Shown here: in pieces, positions 35,260 through 46,624 of the stretch | Layout of the letters: each line of letters starts with the position of its first letter | Position numbering within the stretch: position 1 is the first letter of the stretch | NCBI GenBank assembly: GCA_037447605.1 | Contig: CM074809.1 | Location: 3,462,689 to 3,526,688 of the forward strand | Length of the DNA stretch: 64,000 nucleotides | Reading direction: 5' to 3' | Source: Zygnema circumcarinatum SAG 698-1b | Lineage: Eukaryota > Plantae > Zygnematophyceae | The notes under the pieces: model-generated | Database searches by the model: none | Told to the model about the DNA's origin: nothing | What the model saw: only the letters and a program-made list of their open reading frames with translations | Program-made: the position numbers and the translations under genes

Positions 35260-35593
35260 AGGGTGTAAATGTGGAGCCTCCGGTCCTAGTAGAGGATCCC
35301 TCCGAGGATGACATCCCACTACGCCTTGGACTAGGAGACGCCAGCCTTGCGGAATCACAGAATCACACTCACAAAGCAAAGACTGCCCCAAGCTAAGAAT
35401 GAATGAACAGATCGAAGATTCAGAAGATAAGAGAAAGCACAAATGCTGAAAACTCTTCACTTCAAAACAGAGTACAAGAACACAACAAGAGCCCCTCCTG
35501 CGCTTCTCTACTCCACTACAAGAGTGTCCCCCTTATGCTGTAAAGCTTCACCACAGACCGGCAAGCTTCTACTCTGCACCTAGCAGCCTGCAC
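35260..35593 (-). mobile_element. Partial Copia LTR (U5 side)
   Basis: Contains the shared GAGTTTT..GCTTTCTC motif and an MSSSEGSST leader. Confidence 0.55.
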
Positions 35594-35610
35594 TAAGGGT
35601 TACAGCTCGC

Positions 35611-36318
35611 TCANNNNNNNNNNGACGCGTGGGAGGATCTGGAGGGGGTGGAATCTTTTTCCTCCTCGTTCAAAAGAAGGTCGGTCAAATCAGCGACGGT
35701 TAGTGAGATCGAGGCAGCATCAATGGACGAGATGAGAGACCGGAAAGAGTCGGGCAGACCGCCCAAGAGATTACAGATGATCTCGTCATCATGAACTATG
35801 CAATCAATGATGCGAAGCCGTCTAGCAAAAGATTTGACGCGGTCAGTATAAGTCAGCATGGTCTCAGAAGATTCCTTTACGCAGTTAGTGAAGGCGCGCC
35901 GTAAGCAGAGCTTGTGAGACCACTTCCGAGGTTCGTACGCATTGGTCAAAAGAGTCCAAGCGTCGTGGGAGGAGGTGGCGTCACGGATGTGCCCAATTAA
36001 ACTGCGTTGAATGTCGAGCGTGATACGGACAAATGCCTTCTTGTCGCGTTTTGTCCAATCGGCGATCTCCTTTGTGCGTGCAGCCAAGGCGGCCGCGTCG
36101 ACGGTGGAGGCAAGTGGCAAAGGACAGATCTCTGAACCAGTAACGACAGACCACAGATTCTCTTCCTCAAAAAGCTGCTGGCACTGAAACTTCCAATCGT
36201 GCCAGTTTGTCCCATCAAATTTTTCAAGCGTATTTGAGGCATGAGTGGGCCCATAACCTATTGAAAAAGACGGAGTGGACATTGTACGATCACAAGTGAG
36301 GACAGGGAGAGTTGACAC
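35611..36318 (-). CDS. Element H Gag N-terminal part (starts in LTR)
   Basis: MSTPSFSIGYGP..LEKFDGTNWHDWKF..LW..VTG; Copia gag domain. Confidence 0.9.
   Translation of the reverse strand: MSTLPVLTCDRTMSTPSFSIGYGPTHASNTLEKFDGTNWHDWKFQCQQLFEEENLWSVVTGSEICPLPLASTVDAAALAARTKEIADWTKRDKKAFVRITLDIQRSLIGHIRDATSSHDAWTLLTNAYEPRKWSHKLCLRRAFTNCVKESSETMLTYTDRVKSFARRLRIIDCIVHDDEIICNLLGGLPDSFRSLISSIDAASISLTVADLTDLLLNEEEKDSTPSRSSHAXXXX
36247..36258 (-). promoter_or_regulatory. PBS of the half-tRNA(iMet) type
   Basis: GGTTATGGGCCC directly after the LTR, as in Drosophila copia-type priming. Confidence 0.85.
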
Positions 36319-37199
36319 AAAAGAAAGATGTGTGATTAACGTGGTAAAGAGTACAATGTCCTAATCTGTTTTATATACATTGCGGCTAGAGCTACACGAC
36401 AAAAGAGTGTGGAACTAGCCTGAGTAAGGGCGGCTAGGTGTAAGCACAAAGCCGCAAAAGCACAACTAAACTAACAAAGAAAGTACAAGCTAAAAGGACA
36501 GCCAGGTGTAAGTACACGTGGGTGGGAAAACGACAAAATAGTACGACAAAACTGAGAATGTCGGATTCTCAACAAGGGTGCCAACAGCTCCCCATGGAGC
36601 CGCTTAAGTAGCTCGGCAAGCCATGACCCTGTCACGGCTGCCGTGTTGAAAGGGCTGGACCGCCGGCTTAGTGGTCTCTCACCCGCCATAGCCGGCTGCC
36701 TGTCACCTTTAGTGGGTAGTCACTTAGCGCCGTTTGCCGCTTCGCCGTCGCGTCCGTACAAGTTCCCCGAACGCGTACCGAAACGCGGTGTGCGCGAAAT
36801 CCGTTTCGCGCCTGACTGAAACTTCTCAGTTTCAGTTCCGAGTTGCGCCCGCGAACGCCTGTCACGTCGCGCCCCCGTTCACATTTCGCGCTCCGCGCCC
36901 CTTAGTCGCGTCGCGCGTCCCGTCGGCCGTATGCCCGAAATATGTTCGGTTCGTCACGTCACGGTACCAAGAACTTAACTCCGCGTCCGCGCCCGCGCGA
37001 CCATCCTTGTCGCTTGGCGTTCGCGCCTAAGTCCTTCATGCCCTAGAGAGACTATGTCCTATAAGTTGTACGGTCTCTAGCGCCGCACAACAGCTCGCTA
37101 CACACCCGCCGTCGAGTGCATAGTGCGAGAGGTTAATCATACCCTGTACACAAGCCCCTTATGTAGCTGGGGAGCGCCGCAAACCCTNNNNNNNNNNTT

Positions 37200-40100
37200 T
37201 TGCTTATGACCCAAGATGAGGTGCAGAAGTGGCATAGGAGGCTTGGGCATGTGAGTTTTCGAGCCATGCGGGAGTTAGCTCAGAAGGGGTTGGTCCGAGG
37301 CTTGGACTTGGAGGGTGCGGTTGATCCACAGAGGATTTGCGAAGACTGCATTAAAGGGAAGATCCATCGTGGGCCATTCGTGCGAAGAGGAGATGGAGAG
37401 GGGCGCGCCAAGGAGCCGTTGGCGCTTGTGCACATAGACTTGTGTGGCCCCATCACCCCAGCGAGCTTGGGAGGAAGTCGATATTTCATCACTTTCCTTG
37501 ATGACTACTCACGGAAGATTTGGGTGGTGCTCTTGACACAGAAGTCTGACGCTTATCCAGCCTTCAGAGCTTGGAAGATGCGTGCAGAGCGGGAGAGCGG
37601 CCATCTACTCAAGAACCTCCGTTCAGACAATGGAGGAGAATTCAAGAACAAGGTGTTCAGTGAGTATTTGAGAGGCTTGGGAATCAAGCAGGAGTTCTCT
37701 GCTCCATCACCCAGATATGGAGCCCTAAAAGAGTGGAAGGATACTTTGGAGACATGCAGGGAATGATGCCCATGACTCACCACTCCCGCCACATTTTGGG
37801 GAGAAGCAGTGATGACTGCCGCTTACGTGAGGAACAGGTGTCCATCATCGGTCTTGGAGGATCGAGTGCCTGTTGAGGTGTGGAGTGGGACGAAGCCCAC
37901 TGTGGGACACTTGAAAGCATTTGGATCAAAGTGCTGGTATGAGATACCGAAGGTCGCGCGTGGAGGGAAGTTTTTCCCCAGGGGCAAGGAGGGCTTCTTT
38001 CTTGGATACGCCAGCGATTGCAGGGCTTACAGGGTGTATAGTCTTGATACCAAGAAGGTGGAGATCAGCAGGGACGTGAGGGTGGATGAGGATGCTGCAC
38101 ACGTCCCCTTTACCCACTCATGGAGGCGTGCTGATGAGTCGTGTCCACTCGGATTCACTCATGAAGGTGAAGTGATTGTAGTCACCGAGGGGGTAGGTGC
38201 CGATTGGCCCACTCAGGCTGGGGCCGAGGAAGTGCCAGCCCATTCATTTCAAGCGGCACAATGAGGTAGGGGAAGTGATGGGAGGCGGGGACCTAAAACA
38301 GTACTGAGAGCATACACTTTCCAGCAGGTTCTCCACATTGGGGAGACATGCGAGGAAGTCGTGGGACCATGCGAGAAGGAGGGGCATCAGCTACGAAGTC
38401 TGGGGAGGGAACCTCAGGTTCACGGGGAGGGAGGCCCAGCCGACATGCGCGCAGTTGGTAGCTGAGAACTTCCCACGTGCGTGGCCAGGCCAGAAGAAGG
38501 GGATTCTTTGGAGGGAGATGGCTGATGAGCCAGAGGGAGGAAGTGTCAGCTCCAATGCGAGCTGTGGAGCAGCCTGAAGAGCATCCCTCTGTGATGGAGA
38601 AGACAAGTGGGAGGACCAGGCGGCCTCCAAATCGTTTCAGTCCGGCTGTGCCTACGAAGCGCATGCGGAAGAGAGCACGAAAGAATGCCCAGGATCATTC
38701 TGCATCATTCTCAGGTGACATGGACATGATTGCCCATTGTTACATGGCCCATGCTGTTGAGCCTCAGACTTACGGGGAAGCTGTTGAGGGGCCAGATCAG
38801 ATCAAGTGGCAGGAGGCCATTGATAGTGAGTGGAACAGTCTGATTGAGAATCAGACTTGGCGCTTGGAGAAGCTCCCACCTGGGAGGCGTGCCATCGGCT
38901 GCAAATGGGTCTTCAAGGTTAAGAGGAAGGCGGACGGCAGCATTGATAGGTACAAGGCGCGACTCGTGGCCAAGGGCTACAGTCAGAAGGAAGGAGTTGA
39001 CTACACAGAGACCTTCGCTCCTGTGGTGAAGTTCAACTCCCTCCGCTCCCTCATTTCTATTGCAGCCGCAGAGGGGATGCATGTCCACCAGTTGGACATC
39101 AAGACTGCTTTCTTGTATGGAGATCTTGATGAAGAGATATACATGGAGCAGCCAGAGGGGAAACGCGAGAAGGGAAAGGAGAACCTTGTGTGCAGACTCG
39201 TGAAGAGTTTGTATGGGCTGAAGCAGGCCCCTCGCGTGTGGTATGAGAAGATCGATGAACTCTTACAGGGCTATGGGTTTGATCGTTTTGAGACTGATAC
39301 TTGTGTGTACTCAGTTGGCGAAGATGATGATAAGTTGTTTGTTGGGGTCTATGTGGATGACCTGATCATGATCAGCAAGTCTCTTCGCAGCATTGCAGAG
39401 TTGAAGGAGCTCTTGCAGGAGAATTTCCAGATGACTGATCTTGGAGAAGCCCAGTATCTCTTGGGGATCCAGCTGAAGAGGGGGCCAGATGGTTCGCTAT
39501 TCCTTTGTCAAAGGAAGTATGCAGAAGATGTGTTGCGGAAGTTCAACATGTGGGAGTGCAGGCCATGCACAAGTCCCATGGAGGCTGGAGTTCGCTTCAC
39601 GAAGGAGATGTCCCCGTCTACAGAGGAGGAGGCAAAGGCAATGGCTGGAGTGCCATATCGATCCTTGATCGGGAGCCTCAATGATTTGATGCAGGCACGA
39701 GGCTGCACTTGCCAAAGCCTAGCACCTGGGAAGCAGATCTCATGGAGAACTCTGCCAGATGCTGGGGCAGAGTGAAAGCTACATTTTGGCCCAGGCACCT
39801 GCATCATGGTCTTCATACTTTGAGAGGGGACCCTCATCTGAGCTCATGGTGATACAGATCGCTTGACTGGGGAGGGGATTTGGGTCCATCCCGTCTTCAT
39901 ATCTGTGGGATATGTTTTCTCAATGCAGGTGGGCCATTAGATGGAACTCCACCTCTGCAGCTTCTGCTGTGGCCCCTCCATGTATTGAAGCACAGTACAC
40001 GGCAGCTTGCCACTGCAGCCAGGAGAGTGTGTGTGGTGCGGACTCTCCGGGAGTGTGAGCGGCCTCAACTCCCCTTACCACTCTTCACAGACAATCAATC

Positions 40101-40317
40101 CTCTATTGCTCTCATGGAGAATCCGGTGTTCCACAAGCGGAGCAAGCATTTCCGGATCCAATACCATTACGTGAGACAGGAGGTGAGAGAGGGACTTGTC
40201 AGTATCAAGTTCATTGGAACCAGGGAGCAGGCAGCCGATATGCTGACGAAGGCAGTCAGTGGTGAGACCTTGAGGATTAATTCGGATCTCATTGGGCTGG
40301 GGCCTCTCAGGAACTAA
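37200..40317 (+). pseudogene. Copia pol (integrase, RT, RNase H) with frameshifts, error-rich at 3' end
   Basis: WHRRLGH, HIDLCGP, SDNGGEF, KARLVAKGYSQ, YVDDLIM, ADMLTK. Confidence 0.92.
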
Positions 40318-40335
40318 AGTGCCAAAGAGGGGGAA

Positions 40336-41220
40336 TGTTAGTGTACATAGTTAGTTCAGATTAGCATGTTTGTGTTGGCGCTTAGTTCCTAGGGGTGTGC
40401 TTCTAGGTGTGACATGTATGGGGACGGACTTACTTCAGCGTGCGCGCGGCGGCGAGACCGACCGCGCAACCGTACGGATAGTATGGACCGTACGGACCGT
40501 ACGGTCGGTACGGACAGTACGGCCGGGAGTCCGACATTTGGTACCGCGCCGAGGAATCGGTCCTGGCGTACGGAATCGTGGACTGACGCGCGAACTGCCG
40601 GTCGGCAGGCTGCCGAGCGCGTATCGCTGACGGAAGTAACAGTCCTTGCGGACGATCGCCGGTAATCCAGTCCTGCCAAGAGTACAGGCCATCTGGGTTA
40701 GAGCGGTGGTGTTGGTACGTTGCCAGGCTGGGTGTACTATGCATAGCAAGACACGAAGTAGTTTATTTAGGTTGTTTGAATAAGGTTGTTGCATGCATGG
40801 TCCTGGCGCGTGTGACGTGACATGGTCACGTCACAGCCCCATACTATATAGTGAGAGTGGGTGTGTAAGTTAGAAACCTTCTTGATATGCATTGCAAGGC
40901 TATGGCAGTTTGAAGGCATGGCTTTGGCAACAGGAGGTGGACCTTTGTGAGGAGTCTCCGTGTGTGGAGAGCTGCCTCACGTGAAGGTGAAGTGATCATG
41001 TGGTGAAAGCTTGACTAGGCTTATGGGGGCTTGAGTTGGAAAGCTTGTCATCATAAAGGAGTTTTAGGCTGGGAGCTTTCTCCTACGTTTTTCTATTCCG
41101 CCTCTCGTGTGTTGTGTATGCACGTGAGTGAAAAATGAGTGAGAGTGCTGCGGGCACCAGGAGGGACGTTTCCATGGACAGTGAAGAGGGAGAAAGGGTG
41201 GAAGGTGAATTTGCTTCTCA
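40336..41220 (+). mobile_element. 3' LTR of preceding Copia; PPT 40324-40335
   Basis: AAAGAGGGGGAA then TGTTAGTGTAC; MSESAAG leader near end. Confidence 0.8.
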
Positions 41221-43867
41221 TCCCTCTGCCCCTCTCACATACACGATCCTGGGACCCCACACTATGAACTACCTTTGTCCCCCATGGACAAGCTCCCCTT
41301 AGCACCATCTGCCAAGGTCGAATCTGAACACCTTAACTACCCCCTCTTAAGCTAAACAGCCTCCTTGTACAAGGACTGGTCCTCCAAAGCCACCTCCAGC
41401 TTCGACATCTCGGCACCCTCCTCTTGTACTCCACCTTTGGGGTCTTAATTCTGCTCACTTACTCCATCAATGAGCCAGCTAACCAGATGTTCCTCTTCCC
41501 CTATCAAGGTCCTACAAACCCTGCTTGACACTTTCTTGATTGCATGTCAACTTCTCCAACGAGTGTAATTCTTGCACCTTCCTATGCATCTGAAAACACC
41601 TCCTTCAGCTTTAGTGACTTTCCAAGGAATACTACGAAGGGAATTGTACTGCACCATCATCATGATGACACTCTCCACACTCTGCTCGTCCCTTGATTCC
41701 GTTGCCACCAGCCGCGCCTTCAAGCGCTCCTTGCCGCCACTTGATCTCCATGATCACTCGCAGCTCCTCGAATCTTCAAGGTCTTCGCTTCAACTCTTCA
41801 AGACTGCTCAGCCTCCTCTATCATAGCATCTTCTTCATTTCTCCCACTCCGGACAGAAGTCATCTGAAGTCAGCATCACCGATCTATGGCCTTGCTGCTC
41901 CTCCGCTAATGATAAGCACGATTGGGTCTCTCGGGCTACACTAGAAGCACCCTCCTCCAACCATGTACCTGAGTCTTACTATCTTCTACCTTTGAGGGAA
42001 AACCGAAACCTGTCCCTCCAAACTCTATCACCAAAAGGTGCAAGGTTGCGGTACCTTGCTTTAGAGCGCCATCCCCTTCATGAGTGCGATCTCGCCAGCT
42101 CCATGTTGATGCCTCTTCCTCTTGTGACTCCCGGACCTAGGCACCTCTCAAGATCCTAGTCCTTGCAAGCGTCTTCAAGCTCTTCCAGCTTAGGTGTCCA
42201 AGTACTTCGATGCCGAGCTCCACAAGCTATCGTGCCAACGTCCACCGCTGCACCTTCCCCTTTTCGAAGAAGTACAAGCTAATCCGCTCTCACCCTCCAC
42301 AAGGGTCTCCACTACTTGCATGTGACGAAATTCACAGCAACCTGCATCTAACTCCACCTGCTTGCTTCCAAAATGATTTAACCTTGTCTTCCAGGACGGC
42401 TATACGCCACTTCTCCTTCGAGATCCATCAGCTCCTCTTGCCTCCTCTTGAGATCAACAACTTGGCTCCTCCTCCGAAAAAATCTCTATCCCATGTTCCC
42501 GAATAAACTAGGCGTGCACTCCCAGCAAACTCTTCGAACATAGATCAGGTCCACGTCTGGACACACTTGAGCCTCCATGTTGACGTCTCCTTGGATCCGA
42601 ATGATCCCTCCACAAGAATCAGCCCTGCTAGTCCGTTAGCAATATGATCTCCAAAGGACTTCCCATAATCTCTCGTCTTCATCAAGTCAACTTGGAGTGG
42701 AATCCTCCTCGTCCGACTTCAGCCTTGCCCCTCCTTGAATGGTTGTCAACGCTTCTTGACTCGATCCATTCTCCTCCTTTGCTACATCTACTCCTCCGTG
42801 AAGTAGACTCCTTGTAGAAAGTTGCGACCTTCCTACCTCCGAATTGATCTCCTCCACTACTCCTTGGGGAATTCCCTAAACTCCTCCTTAGTGGTCCATC
42901 ACTAACAACTTAGTGACTATCAATTCCACTAGCTCTGTCCACCAGACTAGTCAGGATTTAAGCAATGGTTCCTTGGGCAGCTTCTCCCCTAGATCCTAGA
43001 TCTTGGGCCTCCTTCACCCCAAACGCATTGAAGTGAACTATTTCCTTACGTGGCACTCCTTGCCACTCTCCACCTCTCCTAGCCTCTCCCACAACCGATG
43101 TGAAGATACTAGTTCATTAGTCTCTAACTCCAAAGCTAGTCTCTAATCCCAAGAGCGTGCTTGGGAGGGCAGTCCCCTCCACATACCATGGCAATCTCGA
43201 TATGGCACTGGAGCCCTCTCCACTTCTCGAAGTGCCGTCAAGTCCTCCCCTCGAATCCTTCGATGAAGCAACTTCGCCTTCGACATATCCGAGCATACAA
43301 GCTTCCAAAGGGTAAGTCCCACCCTTGCTTGTGCGTCCCTCACGCTGCCTCCTCCAACTCCGTTGAGTTGGGTCACCTCGAATGTGTGCAACTCGATGCA
43401 CCACCTCCAAGCCGCCGGACCTTGGCTCCCTTGAACCAAGTCTCTCAAAACAGCGCCACTTCCCATGCCGTTAACCTAGCCTTCTTTCGCACTCTTCCCT
43501 TGAGCTGTCAAGACTAGTGCTTCAACGCATCCTCTCATGACTCTAGCTCCTCAAAGCTAAGTCTTCGGCAACTTGCTTGCTACAAATGAAACCATCAACG
43601 TGATTTGGAGTTTGACCATAACTACATCCTTTTGAGTACCCTTGAGCCAGCCATTAGGCTCCCACAAAGAACTACCCTTTAGCTCTTTCTCTAGTCAAGG
43701 ATCTATCCCTTTGGAACTCATACTCTCAAGGATCTGAAACCCCCCACTCTAGTCTGCTCCAAGACCCTCACTCTCACTTGGTACTCTTTCGGATTACAAC
43801 CATAAGCTCTAAGACTGAATCTTAAGCACTAGATGCTCCAAGACTTCAACCCTTAGCTCTGATACCA
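41221..43867 (-). pseudogene. Heavily decayed Copia-like internal region with PBS at 43856-43867
   Basis: GCTCTGATACCA next to LTR; no intact ORFs. Confidence 0.5.
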
Positions 43868-43869
43868 CT

Positions 43870-46343
43870 TGTTGGTGCAAGGGGCAGCAAGAAAGGAAAG
43901 ACACAAGGAAAGGGCAACACTGTTGAATTGGTTTCCCCTGAAGTGGTTCTGAAACCACTCATAGAGGATTAGGGGTCGTAGACCGAGCCCCCTCTGGCCG
44001 TGTCTTCACTCGCATTCGTCTCGGCCATGCTGACTACCGTGAGCCAGGCAAGAACTGTGAGACAAAGTGTAAGAGAAAAGCCCACCGGCCGAAAACCTCT
44101 TCTTTATACAATGAAAGATACAACAGGTGCAGGCAGTATTCTACTCCTGACTCTGGCTCTATCCTACGCTCTACCAAGCGTTGCTTGCGGCTACCCCTGA
44201 CTATCTCACCCTTCCTCAGCTTACTACCCACAGTCGGGAAGCACTGCTCCCTTGTGCAGTAGTAAAAGGCGTGAACCTCCCCATAAAGGTTCAGAGTGTT
44301 CCTGGAATCAGGATCAGTATTCAGGATATAAGCTTCTCCCCATGGAGCAGCTTATGTAGCTGGGCGGGCCGTGACCCGGTCACGGCTGCCAGCATGCAAG
44401 GGCTGAACCGTCCCCTACGTGGTCGCTTCACCACCATGGACGGCTCAGTGCGCCTCAGTGCGCCTCTGTGCAGAGTTCTCTCCACAGCGAGGCAAGGCTC
44501 AGTGGGGGAGCGCACTCAGAGTGAGTGCGCTTCCGCCGCCTTCTTCGTCGCGCGCGTTTTCGAAACGCGGCTTTCTCGGTGTGCGCGAAACCTTCTGCGC
44601 GCCTGACTGAAACTGTTCAGTTCAGTTCCGATTCGCGTCCGCGAATTTGTCACGTCTCTCCTCCGTTCACACTTCGCTCTCCGCGCTCCTTAGTCGCGTC
44701 GCGCGTCGCCGTCGTCCGTACGCCCGAACAAATGTTCGGTTCGTCACGTCACGGTCCCGTGAACTTTAACTTAGAACTTTCCCGCGTCCGCGCCCGCGCG
44801 ACCAACCTTGTCGCTTGGCGTCCGCGCCCAAGTTCTTCATGTCATAGAGAGACTATGTCCCATAAGTTGTACGGTCTCTATAGCCGTACAACAAACACAT
44901 GCCCTGGGTATCAGAGCTCAAAACTTTTCTTTTTCTTCTCCTTGGGCCACATACCGCTTCCGCCACGATATGCCTTCTCGTCCACCTCTCGCCAGGTGCG
45001 CACAGCGGACAACTAAACACCCCACCTACAAGTGCACTTCTTCAACTCCTCCATGGTCTCGGCTCCTCAACTCCACGCTCCTGCAATGATCTCCTCGTGT
45101 GGAGCAACACACCGCCCATACAATGGTCGCCTCCACTCATCCACCACGTCAATCCAACACGAGGACTCACATGACAAATGATACAGTAGTAAGGAGAAAG
45201 CCCACGGCCCCAAAACTCCTTAAACTTCATGAGTGTAATACAAGCTCTTGAGGAAATCTACATAGATCCCTTATGCTAGATTCTCCTCCTCACATGAGCA
45301 CTATCCTATCCTCTCATAGATAGCCTACACCCCAACTGCAGTAGCCAAGCACTACTTGCCTCCATGAACTCCTCCTCTACCTCAACACATGAGGGACACA
45401 CCATCTAACTTCTTTACTAAAGCTTAGCATGATGAGAGCTAGTTCCTTCACGACCTTCATACACAAGGCCGGACTCCTCTAGGCCTCAGCCTCTGCCTAC
45501 TCTTCCTTTACAACAACAGTTGAGCAGCATAACATTCAGAGAGAGTGAGTGAGTGAGAGAGCCAAGCTTGCTCCCTCTTAAACAATGGCGGCCGGCGTGA
45601 CGTGACACCCGATGTCACGTCACAGGCGCACTAGCAAGCGCATGCATTCAACAGCCAGCAAGCCGTTCAACGGCCAGCTACGCATTCAACAGCCAGCTTC
45701 ACGGTCTCACGTAAACCTACGCCAGCACCGACTTACGCAAGGTCGTCCGTACTGTTCCGCCGCCCGGCCGTACACGTCCGCCGCCCAGCCGTACATATTC
45801 GCCGCCCGCTCAAGTGCTAACTCGGTCCCCTTCTCAGTTGACCTCGTCAGAGCCGTGGACCGCACTAAGGGTCCACGCAATGCCACGTGCCGCCTCCTCA
45901 TTCGCCGCCGACATCTCGAGTCTCTCAACCGACTTCCGCGTCACGTCACGCCCGAAGACTGCGTCGCTATCTGCACGCTGGCGCGACCAATCATGTCGCT
46001 TCGTGCAGATCCGCCTCTCGCGCCAAATATCTTCGCGTCCATACGTTTCCGCGTCGTCCGTACAGTTGCGCGCCGTCCGTACGGCCGCGCTCCTTTTCGG
46101 TCAAGCACATTCCGTGCACCCCCTTTGGTACGGTCTAAGCCTAAGCCGTAATTCTACGACCCTAGACCTTCCCTAGACCTGCCGTACCATGCCCTAATTA
46201 TACGGGCACCCCCAATGTTCGGTCCTACACCAAACATGACCATTCTTACATGACATTGTTCCTATACCACCACATTGATGTCCAGGACAACATCCATGCA
46301 AGGAACTAAGTACCAACACCTTGATGTACCCTATACATCAACA
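43870..46343 (-). mobile_element. Copia LTR (family D), split by solo LTR; PPT 46344-46356
   Basis: TG..CA; U3 end homologous to 9864-10052; shared LTR motifs. Confidence 0.65.
43921..44893 (-). mobile_element. Solo A-type LTR, 973 bp
   Basis: TSD AACAC at 43916-43920 and 44894-44898; homologous to A LTRs. Confidence 0.92.
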
Positions 46344-46552
46344 ATCCCCCTCTTGGTACGTAAGTTCCTTGCAAGCTATACTAACATGGCACCCTAAGCT
46401 TAAGCAACACTTAAGCATACCTAGAAGGCGCTTGATGGATTTCTACTGAGATGTTGGATTCACGCAGAACTTTCCGGAAAGGTACGCAAATGTGGCTTGG
46501 TGACGTGTGGCGTGCCTCACATCACCATCCGTTACTATTGCATTGGTTGCAG

Positions 46553-46624
46553 GGATCTTAGCAACTGTAGGTTAACGGGGAGAATACCTTCGAGCTTAGG
46601 GAAACTTGTCAATCTCGTCACCTT
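46553..46624 (+). CDS. LRR exon 1
   Basis: ag/gt; DLSNCRLTGRIPSSLGKLVNLVTL. Confidence 0.9.

Larger units (their letters stand above)
28028..36574 (-). mobile_element. Copia element H, 316-bp LTRs (28028-28343, 36259-36574), inserted in 5' LTR of A
   Basis: LTRs differ at 3 sites; TSD AGGGT; termini TGTTG..CAATA; PPT GAGAGGGAG. Confidence 0.93.
18957..37092 (-). mobile_element. Copia element A hosting nested insertions; 3' LTR 18957-19279, 5' LTR 27674-28027 plus 36580-37092
   Basis: LTRs identical where comparable; TSD GCTCG at 18952-18956 and 37093-37097; PPT 19280-19290; PBS 27663-27671. Confidence 0.9.

Noticed and set aside
46480-46552. Possible LRR N-cap (GLVTCG..HIT) read in frame into exon 1
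   Set aside because: Lacks the CxWxGVxC pattern and a good AG precedes exon 1; treated as intron
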